A stretch of DNA of 64,000 nucleotides from Vicugna vicugna (taxonomy: Eukaryota). A program made the position numbers and the translations under genes. The stretch covers positions 1-64,000 of the forward strand of contig MU062035.1 of NCBI GenBank assembly GCA_013265495.1, given 5' to 3'. The notes under the pieces were generated by a model. The model saw only the letters and a list, made by a program, of their open reading frames with translations. It did not search any database and was not told the origin of the DNA. This document shows, one piece after another, positions 31,701 through 41,950 of this stretch. Position 1 is the stretch's first letter. Each line of letters starts with the position of its first letter.

Positions 31701-34392
31701 TGGGAGTCACAGAGTCCATGTCAAAAGTAGACAACTCTGCCGTGATCGCAAGGAAGCAACCACAGACAACGTGCAAACGAATGGACTGGGTTCCAATAAA
31801 ACTTTGTTTACAAAATCAGTCAGCCGGCTGGGTTCGGCCCACAGGCTGTAGTTTGCCAAATCCTAATCTAACAGAAGCTTTCCATGCTTCTATGCAAAGA
31901 AGGGAGTCATGGGGGTAACTTCAGGCAACAGGAAGCTTTCCTGATGCTTCTCAAGGCACACCCAATGAGTTAAAATGTAGGGGTTCTCCCATCAGGTCTC
32001 CCCTTCCCTGATGGGGTCTGCAGCACACTGGAGGGGGTGGTTAAGAGAGACTTTGGAGTCTCTGAGACTGGGGCTCAGGTCTTGGCTCTGGCACTGCCTG
32101 CTGTGTAACCCTGGGCAGATTGCTTAACCTCTCTGTGCCCCTTTTCCCCATCAGCAGGGCAGGCATGGCAGCCTGACCTCTAGGTGCGCCGTGAGGATTG
32201 GGTTTACAAGGTGCTTAGCACGGTGGTGGCACAGAGGAGGCACTCAGTAAACTGCGCTTACGGTCACTGTTACCAAAGTGAGGGAGTGAGCGAGAGGGAG
32301 TGTCTCTGGGTGGCAGCAGCTGACCGCCCCCCACTGCTGTCTCAAAGTGGGTCTCTCCCCAGCTCCGCAGGCATCCGGGAGGCTGAGCGATTCGGAACGC
32401 CCCCCGGGAGGGCCTCCAGCGTCACCCGGGCTGGGAAGGAGGAGAACAGCGGTGGGATCAAGTACAAGGCTGGCCGGGTAGGTCGCCCCATGCATTCACC
32501 TGGGAGTCCCGCAGCCTCGGAAAGGACTTTTTGTTGTCTGAGCCCCCGTTGCCCTCTCCCAGCTTCTGTCTTGGCTTGTGGATGGGGAGCCAATGGGCCA
32601 GGTCACAGGTGTAGCCAGGAGAGAGGCCCCAGAAGCCACCTTCAAGGGACCTGCATGGTGGTTAAGACGCAGTGACAAAGGCCCCACGAGGCTTAGTGTA
32701 TCTCAAAGTGCAGGTCTCACCTGCCCGTGTCAGACTCACCTGGGCGGCTGCTTCACATGCAGATTCTGGGGCCCACTTGGGCCAAATGACACAAGGGCCT
32801 TCGGGGCAAGGGGGCCCTGAGTGCCCTGCAGAGGGTTCCAACCCACCCCGACCTCTGAGAGTCACCAGCTCCAGGGACCTGACCGAGAGCAGCGGATGTG
32901 CCTCTGGTGCATGAAAACACAGGCAGTTGGGTCTGACCACGGAGGCTCAGGGCGACACAGGTTCCGATGGAGGTGTGTAGACACAGGTGGCAGAGGTGGC
33001 TAATTCAAAAACTCTTCCAGTCATTCCGCAGACCTTTTCGTGGACTAACTGCATTCCAGGCACATCCCGAGCCTGGGGGATAATCATGAATGAATCACCC
33101 CCGGTACCTAGACCTCTTGGTCTAGTATATGTATTCCCATTGGGGGTGATATCACCCCCAACAGGGATCAAAGTTGGTTCTGGGGGTGGATAGTACACAA
33201 AAAAACCTTCCTCTTTTTATGCATAAAGTGCAGGTACACACGTGGTACATAAACAGATGGATGGCCTCCCTGTGGTATGGACATTTCACAGCAGGAGTGC
33301 AATTAGGGGGAAAGTGTCTAAAACGTCTTCTTTTTAAGAGGGGCAATAATGAAAAGAAGGTTGAGAAACACTGATCTGGAAAGAAAGGCAGTCAGATAAA
33401 GAATTACAGAGCACTGTCACGGCTACCATGGCGGAGGTCTATTCATGGTAAGAGAGAAATACTCCTTGAGGGCCCACTGTGCATAGTAACGACAGCTACC
33501 TTGCCATGTCGTGTGCTCCACAGGCGGGATTTCTACTCTTCATAACAACTCTGGGAGAAAGGAATTTTTTTTTTACCATTTTTTATTGATTTATGATCAT
33601 TTTACAATGTGTCAAATTCCAGTGTAGAGCACAATTTTTCAGCTATACATGAACATATATATATTCATTGTCACATTTTTTTCCTCTGTGAGATACCATG
33701 GGGGAAAGGAAGTATTAATCCCATTTTGTAGCTGAGAAAACTGAGCTCAGAGAGGGCGAGTGACTTGTCCAAAGTCACACAGCTGGGAAGTGGCAGAGCA
33801 GGGATACAAACCCCAGTTTGCGAGTGTCCAAAACCCACACTCTCTGCCACACCAAGTGATGGTGGAGTATTTCTTCTTGATCTGGGAATGCAGCCGAACC
33901 TCATGCCCACACCAATTCTCACCTCTCTCCCTGCTGAGGAGGAAGGTGGATAATCAGAAAGACTGTATTTGTCTTCACCCTTGGTAACCAACTGGTTCCT
34001 TCCAGTTAGGAACACAAAGCTCTCTCCCGATGTTAACTCACAAAATCTTCTCAGTCTCCCTGAGCAGTGGAATATTATTGCTAAATAGGAGGAGCACAGA
34101 GTGGTTAGGTGAGTTACTCAAAGTCACACAGCAGTTCAAATTGGAGAGCCCGCATTTCCCAGATCCAAGAATATTCGATTCTTTTTTCTCTTCTCCCTGT
34201 CCTTTGTTCTCATCCCTCTCTTCACAGCTGCCCCTGGGAAAGATAGGAAGGGGCTTCAGCAGCAAAGACCCCGATTTCCACGATGACTACGGCTCCCTTC
34301 AAAACGAAGATTGCGGAGACGATGACTCCCAGGGTAGGCCAGAGCAGTGCCGTCTGGAAGGGTACAACGGCCTGGAGGTCACCAACGTGTAA
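19564..34392 (+). CDS. KAZN: Kazrin long isoform, 3' part of spliced CDS (7 exons, 1106 nt; three SAM domains plus C-terminal tail)
   Basis: Exons of 206+119+232+102+167+115+165 nt join with consistent phases (1,0,2,0,0,2,0) into DSDSQCSPTRQSLSLSEGEEQVDRLQQVELVRTTPMSHWKAGTVQAWLEVVMAMPMY...WVAKAWLNDIGLSQY...WTNQRVLKWVRDIDLKEYADNL...LEVTNV*, recognised as kazrin. The 5' exons lie upstream of the window. Confidence 0.96.
20225..20343 (+). CDS. KAZN: KAZN coding exon (about exon 10), end of SAM1
   Basis: gagcag|GTGCTG...GGCAGGAG|gtgagc; 119 nt; VLLSLSDEDLELGLGVCSSLHRRKLRLAIEDYRDAEAGR(S). Confidence 0.96.
24180..24297 (-). mobile_element. tRNA-Ala-derived SINE, camelid Vic-1 type (5' end runs into an N gap)
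   Basis: Reverse complement TAGCTCAGTGGAAGAGCACATGCTTTGCATGTGTGAGGTCCTGGGTTCAATCCCCAGTACCTCCATCC plus A-rich tail; A box and intact B box (GGTTCAATCC). Confidence 0.8.
24298..25097. other. Three assembly gaps (24298-24448, 24499-24679, 24892-25097)
   Basis: N runs of 151, 181 and 206 nt inside SINE/L1 sequence. Confidence 0.98.
24449..25790 (-). mobile_element. L1 fragments (ORF2 3' end and L1MB-like 3'UTR) broken by N gaps
   Basis: ttgggtatagactcagaagtgg...tttttaattttctgaggaacca...ttccacagcagctgta; ttttagagcagtgttagtttcacagcaaaactgag...gaacctacattgacacatca. Confidence 0.75.
25800..26330 (-). mobile_element. L2 LINE fragment
   Basis: agggctttaagcagaggagtgacatgatctga...ctgttaaatctgagatgcctgtga... 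Confidence 0.65.
27176..27634 (+). repeat. Long CT-rich low-complexity pyrimidine tract with no AG dinucleotide
   Basis: Read line by line: the last AG is at 27174-27175 and the next AG is the exon-11 acceptor at 27635-27636. Confidence 0.9.
27637..27868 (+). CDS. KAZN: KAZN coding exon (about exon 11), SAM2
   Basis: caccag|CCTGTCC...AGCAGGGAG|gtgaga; 232 nt; LSKAADLDHHWVAKAWLNDIGLSQYSQAF...LYQVNFSRE. Confidence 0.96.
27900..28015 (+). repeat. (CCAT)n-like simple repeat
   Basis: 12 YCAY tetramers, including ccatccatccatccat at 27992-28007. Confidence 0.85.
29364..29465 (+). CDS. KAZN: KAZN coding exon (about exon 12), start of SAM3
   Basis: Branch-like ctgac at about 29337, pyrimidine tract, caccag|GCCCTC...CTGAAG|gtgagg; 102 nt; ALQERRARCETQNIDPVVWTNQRVLKWVRDIDLK. 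Confidence 0.96.
29912..30078 (+). CDS. KAZN: KAZN coding exon (about exon 13), end of SAM3
   Basis: cttcag|GAGTAC...CCGGCCAA|gtgagt; 167 nt; EYADNLTNSGVHGAVLVLEPTF...SAIFHPA(N). Confidence 0.96.
31647..31865 (-). mobile_element. MER58A with perfect 8-bp TSD
   Basis: caggggctggcagacttt ... gttccaataaaactttgtttacaaaa...gtagtttgccaaatccta; atctaaca on both flanks (31639-31646 and 31866-31873). Confidence 0.85.
32035..32260 (+). mobile_element. MIR SINE
   Basis: gtggttaagagagactttggagtc...gtgtaaccctgggcagattgcttaacctctctgtgcc. Confidence 0.75.
32363..32477 (+). CDS. KAZN: KAZN coding exon (about exon 14)
   Basis: ccccag|CTCCGCAGGC...GGCCGG|gtaggt; 115 nt; SAGIREAERFGTPPGRASSVTRAGKEENSGGIKYKAGR. 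Confidence 0.94.
33125..33373. mobile_element. hAT-Charlie-like DNA transposon fossil
   Basis: Right terminus ggttgagaaacactg; left part with the gggggtgatatcaccccc palindrome; family not resolved. Confidence 0.45.
33480..33830 (-). mobile_element. MIR SINE split by a young L1
   Basis: cttcataacaactctgg | cccattttgtagctgagaaaactgagctcagagagggcgagtgacttgtccaaagtcacacagct. Confidence 0.7.
33565..33698 (-). mobile_element. Short 5'-truncated, relatively young L1 inserted into a MIR
   Basis: Poly-T, then ttttattgatttatgatcattttacaatgtgtcaaattccagtgtagagc (artiodactyl-type L1 3' end); TSD tgggagaaaggaa (33552-33564) / tgggggaaaggaa (33699-33711). Confidence 0.65.
34228..34392 (+). CDS. KAZN: KAZN terminal coding exon (about exon 15)
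   Basis: tcacag|CTGCCC...AACGTG TAA (stop 34390-34392); LPLGKIGRGFSSKDPDFHDDYGSLQNEDCGDDDSQGRPEQCRLEGYNGLEVTNV*. Confidence 0.95.
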   Translation: MPLGKIGRGFSSKDPDFHDDYGSLQNEDCGDDDSQGRPEQCRLEGYNGLEVTNV

Positions 34393-35349
34393 GGAACCAA
34401 TGCTGCACCAGACCCAGCATGGAGGGACCCAGGGCAGAAGAGCAGCCAGAGGTTGCCACCACTGTACATAGTGACCTTGGGCTGAGGGTGCTCCCCTAGT
34501 CCTGGGCAAACCCCAATAGACCGCTGTCACTTTGGATGGGAGCACCGAGGAACGAGGAGGCACCAGCCTGCCTGCCCTGAGCGGGCCACGGGCTTCCCTG
34601 CTCGCTGGAAGGAGACTGGCCCAGAGGACCTGCGGGGGCGCCCAGCCCCTGCGGAATCGAGGCTGCATCTCAGAACGACTCAGCCACTGAGCAGTCCAAG
34701 TGGTCCCGGGGGCCTTGAACTGAGCTGTCACGGTGGGAAAAGGCACATAGTCCCCCAAAACACCCTCCCAGGAGGAGCAAGTGGGACTCCAACCAGACGT
34801 ACGGAGCCGGGTAGTGACAGCGCCAGGAGCTAGCAAAGCCTGAGGCTGACTGGTCACCACGTGCGCCCTTCTGGCCGGCCTGGTGGACGTCTCGGCCCCA
34901 GTACACGTGCCCCCCACCCCATGACTGAGGGAGGACGTGGCTTCTGACTTGGGTCGCTGTGTCTCTCTTGGGAGAGTGCAAAATGGGAAGGCCATTCCCT
35001 CCCACCCCAAAAGCCGTGTGTCACATGGGGGTGGACAAGTTGAAGGGCTACTTACCCACATCCTTCAGGAGCGGCCACACTGGGTGGAGGCAGGCGGTGA
35101 CCCCTGCGGGGGCGGGGCTGGGCAGCAACATTCCCAGGAAATGCAGGTGTCCTGAGTTAGGTCGGTGACACCAAGTGTGCCAGTGGGTTTGGGACTGGGA
35201 GCAGGGGAGTGCTTGTCATTGTTAACCCAACGATCCTCCTTGAGACACCTCTGTCACCTGACACACAGGTATGCTGCCAATGCCCTAACTGAGCGGAATC
35301 TCGCAGGTCGTGGAGGAGAGGACCCCCAGCCCTCTTCTTCACTCGGCTG

Positions 35350-35480
35350 CTCTTTTCCTGTGTGGCTTCTTCCCAGTGGCCTCACCTCTCTGTGGCTCAG
35401 CATCTTCATCTACAATACTTCTGGCTCCCTCCCGGGGACGTTGTGAGGATTAATACTTGCTAACATCTGTAACACTTTGT
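35350..35480 (+). mobile_element. MIR fragment within the KAZN 3'UTR
   Basis: cctctctgtggctcagcatcttcatcta...gttgtgaggattaa. Confidence 0.5.
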
Positions 35481-37784
35481 AACCTCTCAGGAGACAGGTG
35501 GGAAGTTCCGGGGTCCAGGGAGGGTGTCTAATTTCCCATTCACAGCACAGAACTGATAGTGAACTGGTTCACTCCTGCTGTTTGGGTTGGAGCCGTGTGC
35601 AAAAGGAGCACAAGGAATTTTGTTGTTCAGACTCTAGAGCCCCCAGGAGGACTTGACCCCCCCAAAAAGGGAAAATCCCATGTGCACAAGCCTTGAAAAC
35701 CAGTTTGCACATGTTCAGGCTTGAGTTCATTGACCTCGATGCTGAGGAACGATTAGGGAAGGACAGAAGGAATTGGGTCCTACTTACACTCCGGTTTTCA
35801 AAGCAGATCACTTGCTGGAACCATGATGCTTGACCCCATTGAAGCCTTTTGCACCGACGGTCCCTGAGAGGTTTGAATTTCCAAAACTCGACAGGTGTCA
35901 GCCTCCGAGAACCAGCAAAGCACCTCTTCTTCAACGCAATGATTTATTTCCCCTCACAAGAAAAGCACAGACTAAGGTCCGATGAACTTGGGAACGACTC
36001 CTCCCTGAGGCCTGAGGCCGTGGGGTTTTTTCTCTCTCTAACCTGAGCACAATCACAGCCTTTCCTACCCTGGAAACCGAATGCCTAGTAGGTGGGCCGG
36101 TGGAGGCTCCCTTTTGGCCGAATGTTTGGCCTCCCAGGGAAACACTTCTGATTCCAGGGCCTGACAGGCCGAGTTCTGGAACCTGACCTGGCTTTGCTGA
36201 AGTTCCAAACCCAGTACCTGTATGACATTCAGCGACATGCACGGGGCCTGAGGCTGCAGAACCCCGCGGCCCGGAGAGGGGAGTTAAACCTCCCTCTCCC
36301 CTGACCCACAGGTCACTCCCGAGCCAGTCTCCAGGCTGGGTGACCAGGGACCCCTGGATCTGCCTCTCGGGGAAGCAGCAAGCCCAGAGGGCAGTGATCC
36401 CCGTGTCGGGAGTGGGAATAGCAGACAGACAGGTGCCTGAATGCTGGTCTGATTATCTGAAACCAATGAACTGTTCCCCGACTCAGTCCCACTGGGGACA
36501 AGACGGGTAAATGGACAATGGAGGGTGGTCACTGGCAGGGGTGGCATTCATTGCCCAAAACATTCGCAGCATTAGGGCGGCAGGCCTGGGGCAATGCAGG
36601 CAACCACAGGTATACCTTTTGGTCCAAATGATGCCCTGACAGCAGATTCTTCCCCGATGCTCTGTATCCCTGGCAGCCAGGCGAGCATTTGGAGCTGGCT
36701 TTTCAACATGAGGTTGGGCTGGCTGATAAATTAAAAACCTCCACACAGAGTTAAATCAGGTGAGCTTTGTCCGCTGGGAAAAAAAAATTCCTGAATGTCA
36801 ACTCTGCTTTAAGAACAGGCAGGAAGAGCAGAGGGTGCAGAGAGACTTGGCAGAGAGGGCCTGATAGCTGGTTAACAAAGGCTGGCAGAGCGGCCACCCA
36901 CAGAACAGTGACCTGCCATTGCCACATCCTGTCTAAATGGCCTGAATTGTGGTCTTGGTCCTTAAAGAGTAACATGGCATCTGGACCTGGGAACCATATG
37001 TGTTTCTCTGAGAGGTGTCGCCTATGCCCAGGGATGCTGGCTCCTTAAAAAGAGGTTGTTGGTGCCAGAGGTTGGAGAGAACCAGGGTAGGCAGAGACAC
37101 CCCCTACTCCTCCCAGAAGCTGCAGGACAGAGCTATCAGAAGGCACCTGCCAGGTGGACTCAACTTCCTGACCCCAGATGCCTCTGAAAGGCCCCTTTGT
37201 CCTTGGCTGAGCAGAGCCTTTCTTCCAGAAATCTGCCTCAGCTTCACAGTCATCGGACTCCAGACTGCAGGAGGCAGGGGAAAGCCACGGGAGAACCTGG
37301 ATCAGATGAAGCCGAGGGGAAGGGGTCTCCACACACCCCAGCCAGCAGGAGGGGCCTCAGAACAGTGACCCCAAATCCTGAGGTCACTGAACTGGGCTGT
37401 GTCTGGCAGAACGGGACGGTTTGGCAAGATGTGACTTGAGTGCTCATGGCAGGGGCACCAGCACCCTGTACTGCTCTAAGCCTAGCTCTCCCCTGTCCTG
37501 TCAAAAGTCGCTGGGCACCTTCACTTCCGCTCTGCCCTTCAAGGCTCCAGCAGTCTCCTGGCAGGTGGGTGGCAAGAAAAAGAAGGCATGTGGGAAATAG
37601 CATCTCCTGACACTAACATTACTCCCGGCGGTTGGCTGTTGAGAATTTCCTGAGCCCTAACACCCTAGGAAGGTTGCGGCTGCAAAGGAAACGGGTTGTC
37701 AGCGAGCAGAGATGATGTTCCCGACCTTTAGCTGCTGGTCGTGGCCCCGAAGGTCTTCCCAAGAGTGAGTTTTAACACTGTAAC

Positions 37785-37790
37785 AATAAA
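37785..37790 (+). terminator. Polyadenylation signal of KAZN long isoform
   Basis: AATAAA, then cactactacacaacac, then U/GU-rich ggcctttttctctgggttctcagtttt about 35-60 nt downstream. Confidence 0.65.
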
Positions 37791-37859
37791 CACTACTACA
37801 CAACACTTCACTGATGAGGTGGCCTTTTTCTCTGGGTTCTCAGTTTTCCCAACGGCTTC

Positions 37860-37973
37860 TTTGTTTTGGGGGGCGGGTAACTGGAGTTTCTTTAATGGAG
37901 GTACTGGGGATTGAGCCCAGAACCTTGTGCATGCTAAGCAGGCACTCTTCCACTGAACTATACCTTCCTCTCT
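37860..37973 (-). mobile_element. tRNA-Ala-derived SINE, camelid Vic-1 type, with target-site duplication
   Basis: Reverse complement GAGGAAGGTATAGTTCAGTGGAAGAGTGCCTGCTTAGCATGCACAAGGTTCTGGGCTCAATCCCCAGTACCTCC; TSD ccaacggcttc (37849-37859) / ccaacagcttc (37974-37984). Confidence 0.85.
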
Positions 37974-38404
37974 CCAACAGCTTCCTTGAGAGGGGAGAGT
38001 ATTAACCCATTTCATAGATGGAGAAACTGAGGCTGGAAAGCTCTGAGGGGCTTACCTAGCTCCATAAAGCTAAGAAGTTACAGGGACTCAAACTTAGTCA
38101 TCTGTCTCCAAATCCCAGGCTTGTTCCTCCCCACTGGGCACCCCACACCCTGGTAATGTTGATGACTCCACCCTCAACCCCCACCTTCAGCACAGGACTT
38201 GCCTTGCCAGGTGGCTTCACTCAAAATGGAGTTCAGGGGTGTTCTTTCCTGCTGGAAAAGCCCAGCACTTGCTGCCTGTGTCTGAGCGCTGCCTCCTGTC
38301 CCGGGAGGGAATTCCCTCCCTTAGTCACCCCTCCCTTAGCAGCATGTGTTTCATTGTGTCACTCCTCCCGGGGTATTTACATTTCCGGGGTCGGAACAGA
38401 TCGC

Positions 38405-38766
38405 CGGTGGTCGTCCCAGGCAGCTTGTGCTTCTACAACATAATCCCAGAGCCTGGGGGTGCTTACACAGCAGACATTCATTCCTCAATGTTCCAAAGGC
38501 TGGGAAGCCCAAGATCCAGCTGCCGGCCAATCCAGTCCTCAGTGAGAGCTCTCGGCTGCCTTCTCATTGCGTCCTCGCAGAGTGGAGGCAGAGAGAGAGA
38601 AAGGGCGCCCTCTGGAGTCTCTTCTCATAAGGGCACTGACCCCATCCGGAGAGCCCCACCCTTGTGACCCAATCAACTCCCAAAGGCCCATCTAATACCA
38701 TCACACTGGGGGTTAGGGGTTTTCACATATGAACTTTGGGAGGATGCAGACATTCGGTCCACAGCA
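38405..38766 (-). mobile_element. MLT1A-like MaLR solo LTR
   Basis: ggctgggaagcccaagatcc...ctcttctcataagggcactgaccccat...taataccatcacactgggggttagg...cacatatgaactttgggagg...cattcggtccacagca. Confidence 0.75.
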
Positions 38767-39779
38767 GCGGTGGAATCACAGCCGTCCTAGCACAGCACGT
38801 CTCAGACGTTAACATGTGCCCGGGAGGGACAGGCGCTTTTGGAATGAAGGTGCTGGCTCTGGAGGTCTGGGATGGGGCCTGAGACTCAGCATTTCTAGCA
38901 CACGCCCAGGTTGTGCTGCTGGTCCAGAGACACACACAGAGTACCAAGATCATGGCAGACAGCAGGGCACTCCTGGCAAAGCCCAAATCACAGGAGGCAG
39001 GGGCTGGTCAGAGGGCTCCACCCAGGTGTTTGACTGGCCCTGATGGAACCCCACTCTGGTGAACCAGGCTGTACGCTTCTCCTGGGACAGGAACCCAGCC
39101 CAACTCCTGGCTGATTGCTAAAGTCAGGCAGGGCGTGAATGCTCGGGAAGTGTGCATTGAACGTGGAGGATTTGGAAGAGTGAGAAGACACCGTGAGACA
39201 GGCCTGGGGATGGCCTGTTTCAGCAGGTTGACCACACATACTGAGTCAGCGAACCTCGTGGAGGCCAAGGCCCATTCCCGGTGCTGGAGAGACAGTGGCA
39301 GAACTTATGTAACCCAGCAAAGGAAGGCAACAAACTCATCCGTGACTGGGATGACTGATTTCAGACGTGCTAAGTGAGAAGAGTGATGGAGGGGTGGGGG
39401 TGGGGGGTCCCAGAGGACTTTTGAGCTGAGACGTTAAGTTCTGAGAAGGAGCCAGCCCTCAAAGGTCAGGGGAAGAACATTCCAGGCAGACTGACTCTGA
39501 GCTCAGTGCTGAGGATGCAGTGGGAGTGAGATCCCGCCCAGCCTCTGCCCGCACGGAGCTCCCCATCCAGTGGGGAAGAGAGACGTATATCAAATACTCC
39601 TGAGCAATGTGCAGTTATAACTGTGACCAGTCCTGAGAGCAGGGGTAGCTGGTAATCAGCGAGCTCATCTTATGGGGATTCACTGCAGTCAAGAGGAAGT
39701 GAGGCCGGGGCGAGAGTTCAGCAGATTAAGAGGAAAGGAAAGAGGATTCCACGACTGGGGCAAAAACAAGACCCTAGGA

Positions 39780-40170
39780 CAGATGGGATTTCTGTAGTAG
39801 CCAGCAACAGGTGACAAACCCCAACTCAAAAACTGGTTTAAGAAGAAAAAGGAATGTACTGGTTCGTGTGAAGACCAGTCCAGGACTACCACTGGCTTTG
39901 GACTCAGCCGGATCTGGAGTGTCCAGTGATATCTTCAGGGTCTTCATCTTTCTTTATCCCTTGGCTTTGCTTTTCTCTGCGTCAGGTCCATTCCCAGAGA
40001 GGTTGATCCCAATTCTTGGCAAAATTTCCACGAAGACACACAACCTCCCAGCTCAGCATCCCCTGCACAGGACAGAGGCTCTCACCTGGTAGTCCTAGCA
40101 ACGTCTCAGGTGGAATCTCATTGCCTCAGTGGGATGGGGTCGCAAGCCCACCGGGGGTGGGGTCAGCCCA
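39780..40170 (-). mobile_element. MLT1J/K-like MaLR LTR
   Basis: gtgacaaaccccaactcaaaactggtttaagaagaaaaaggaatgtactggttcgtgt... Confidence 0.55.
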
Positions 40171-40500
40171 CCAAGGCTCATGTCCTGAGGGGCACACATG
40201 CACTGGCAGGAGAAGAGAGTGCCTGGTGGCGCTTACGGGGCCGTGTGGCCGTAGGCCCTCCGACGTGGCCCAGGAGGTGGAGAGGTGGGGGGTTCTTCCC
40301 TGAGGGGTGCTTCCACTCCCCAGCTGTGGGGCAGGGCAGCCAGACTCCAGGAAGAGGAGCCCCCTGATATTCAAAGAGGGAAGGAAACTTGAGTCCCAGC
40401 ACCTGGCAGCTCACAGGAGCACCAGAAACAGAAATGAGAATTCAGAGATGAGATGTAACAACAGCCAACAGTGACGGGACATTTGCCCTGTCCTTTGCGG

Positions 40501-40722
40501 CAGGGTTTCTCAGCCTCGGCAAGGCAGACATCCTGGCCGCACTTTGGAGGGCGGAGGGCGGAAGGCTGGCTTGCGCGTTGCAGGATGTCTAGCAGCCTCC
40601 CTCGCCTTCATTCACTAGAAGCCAGTAGCATTCCCCCACCAGTCACGGGAGCCCCAAATGTCTGCCGGCATTGCCAAGTGTCTCCAGGGGAAGCAAACAT
40701 CACCCCCAGCAAAGAACCACAG
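40501..40722 (-). mobile_element. MER20
   Basis: cagggtttctcagcctcggc...ttgcaggatgtctagcagcctccct...ccaaatgtctgccggcattgccaagtgtctccagggg...gaaccacag. Confidence 0.75.
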
Positions 40723-41950
40723 CAGGTCGTGTTTTTGACCTTTTCATCCCCCCAGCCACCCCTGCAGGTGGGCATTGTTTTTCCCATCGGACGGATGCGG
40801 AAACTGAGGCACAGCGACATTACACAGATTCCCAGAGTCCTGAGCTAGGCCTGGGAGCTGGGATCTTAGCACTGCAGACGGGCTCTCTGCAGAGTCTGGG
40901 CTGTACCCACTGGCCTAAGGCTGGCTGGCCACACCCAGCTCTTTACAGTAAAAAAAATCCTGAAGCCAGAAGTTCCCAGGGCTGAAGAGATATCCCGTTG
41001 TTAAGTATGGTGTTCCCGGAAGCCAGATCCACTCCCTCCACCTGACAGAAAATTGCTCTGTAAATTATGGGTTTCAAGGACAAAGGCAACTCTGTGAGCA
41101 GAGACTTAAAACAAGATACTAATTTAGGAACCAGCATGCTCTGCTTGAGTATTTACAATAGCTCATCTCACACCACACCTCCATCAGCCCCATTTTATTA
41201 AAAAAAACAAAAACAAAAAACAGACAAACCAGGAAACAAGCAAATTAGTGATGGAGCCTGACGGTAGCTGAGGAACCAGCCCGCCTGCTCTTCCCGCCAC
41301 GCTGGAAGCTGGAGGCGTGACAGGCGCTGACTGTCCCACTCCCACCAGGCTTGGCCGTAGACAGACACAGACCTTGCGGCCACTGCCTTCCCCCATGTGG
41401 ACCTCAGCATCTCTGCCGAGCACCCCTTCCCCTCCTCTGCCGGCCTTGGGGGATCGCTCCATGCTTGCTGCCTGTCATTCTCGGGAGTGGGGCTCTGCTC
41501 AGCACGATGCCCTATTGTCCTACAACCTCCACCGTCGCCATCGCCCCCTCCCTCGCCTTCAGGGTGATCACATGGTCCCTGCTGGAAGCTCCCAGCCCCT
41601 TAGCCCCCTGACCACTGCAAATGGCCCCAGGAGTGACCCTGAGATGCGAGCAGGCAGAATCAGAATCCCTACCTAGACGGTTCGAATTCGTGAGTGGAAG
41701 GTGAGCTCTGGCTTTCCTCTGGATCTTGAGCTATGAGACGTGCCCCAGAATTGCAGGCCGCCATGTGTCTCCCACCAGAAGATGCCCGAGAGAACGAGAC
41801 AGACCCAGAGCCAGAACACAAGATACAGGAGGGAGCAGGGAGGGCTGTCAGTCCCTGAGATCAACTGTCCCTAAGGCCAGGTCCACCCTGCTCCCAGGGG
41901 GTTGGTTCGGTGACACCCTAACCCTTTCCACTTCCCCCATTCCTTCCCCG

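Larger units (their letters stand above)
34393..37810 (+). other. KAZN: KAZN long-isoform 3'UTR (end approximate)
   Basis: Runs from the stop codon to the first canonical AATAAA I found downstream (37785-37790), which is followed by CA-rich possible cleavage sites and a U-rich stretch. Confidence 0.65.

Noticed and set aside
32368-32370. Second CAG acceptor 8 nt inside exon 14
   Set aside because: It would shift the frame and lacks its own pyrimidine tract; the upstream AG restores the known protein.
34222-35061. 279-aa minus-strand ORF over the KAZN last exon and 3'UTR
   Set aside because: GC-rich antisense shadow with no recognisable domain.
37897-37970. Apparent tRNA-Ala(AGC) gene
   Set aside because: Degenerate B box and stems, SINE tail and TSD; it is a tRNA-derived SINE, not a tRNA gene.
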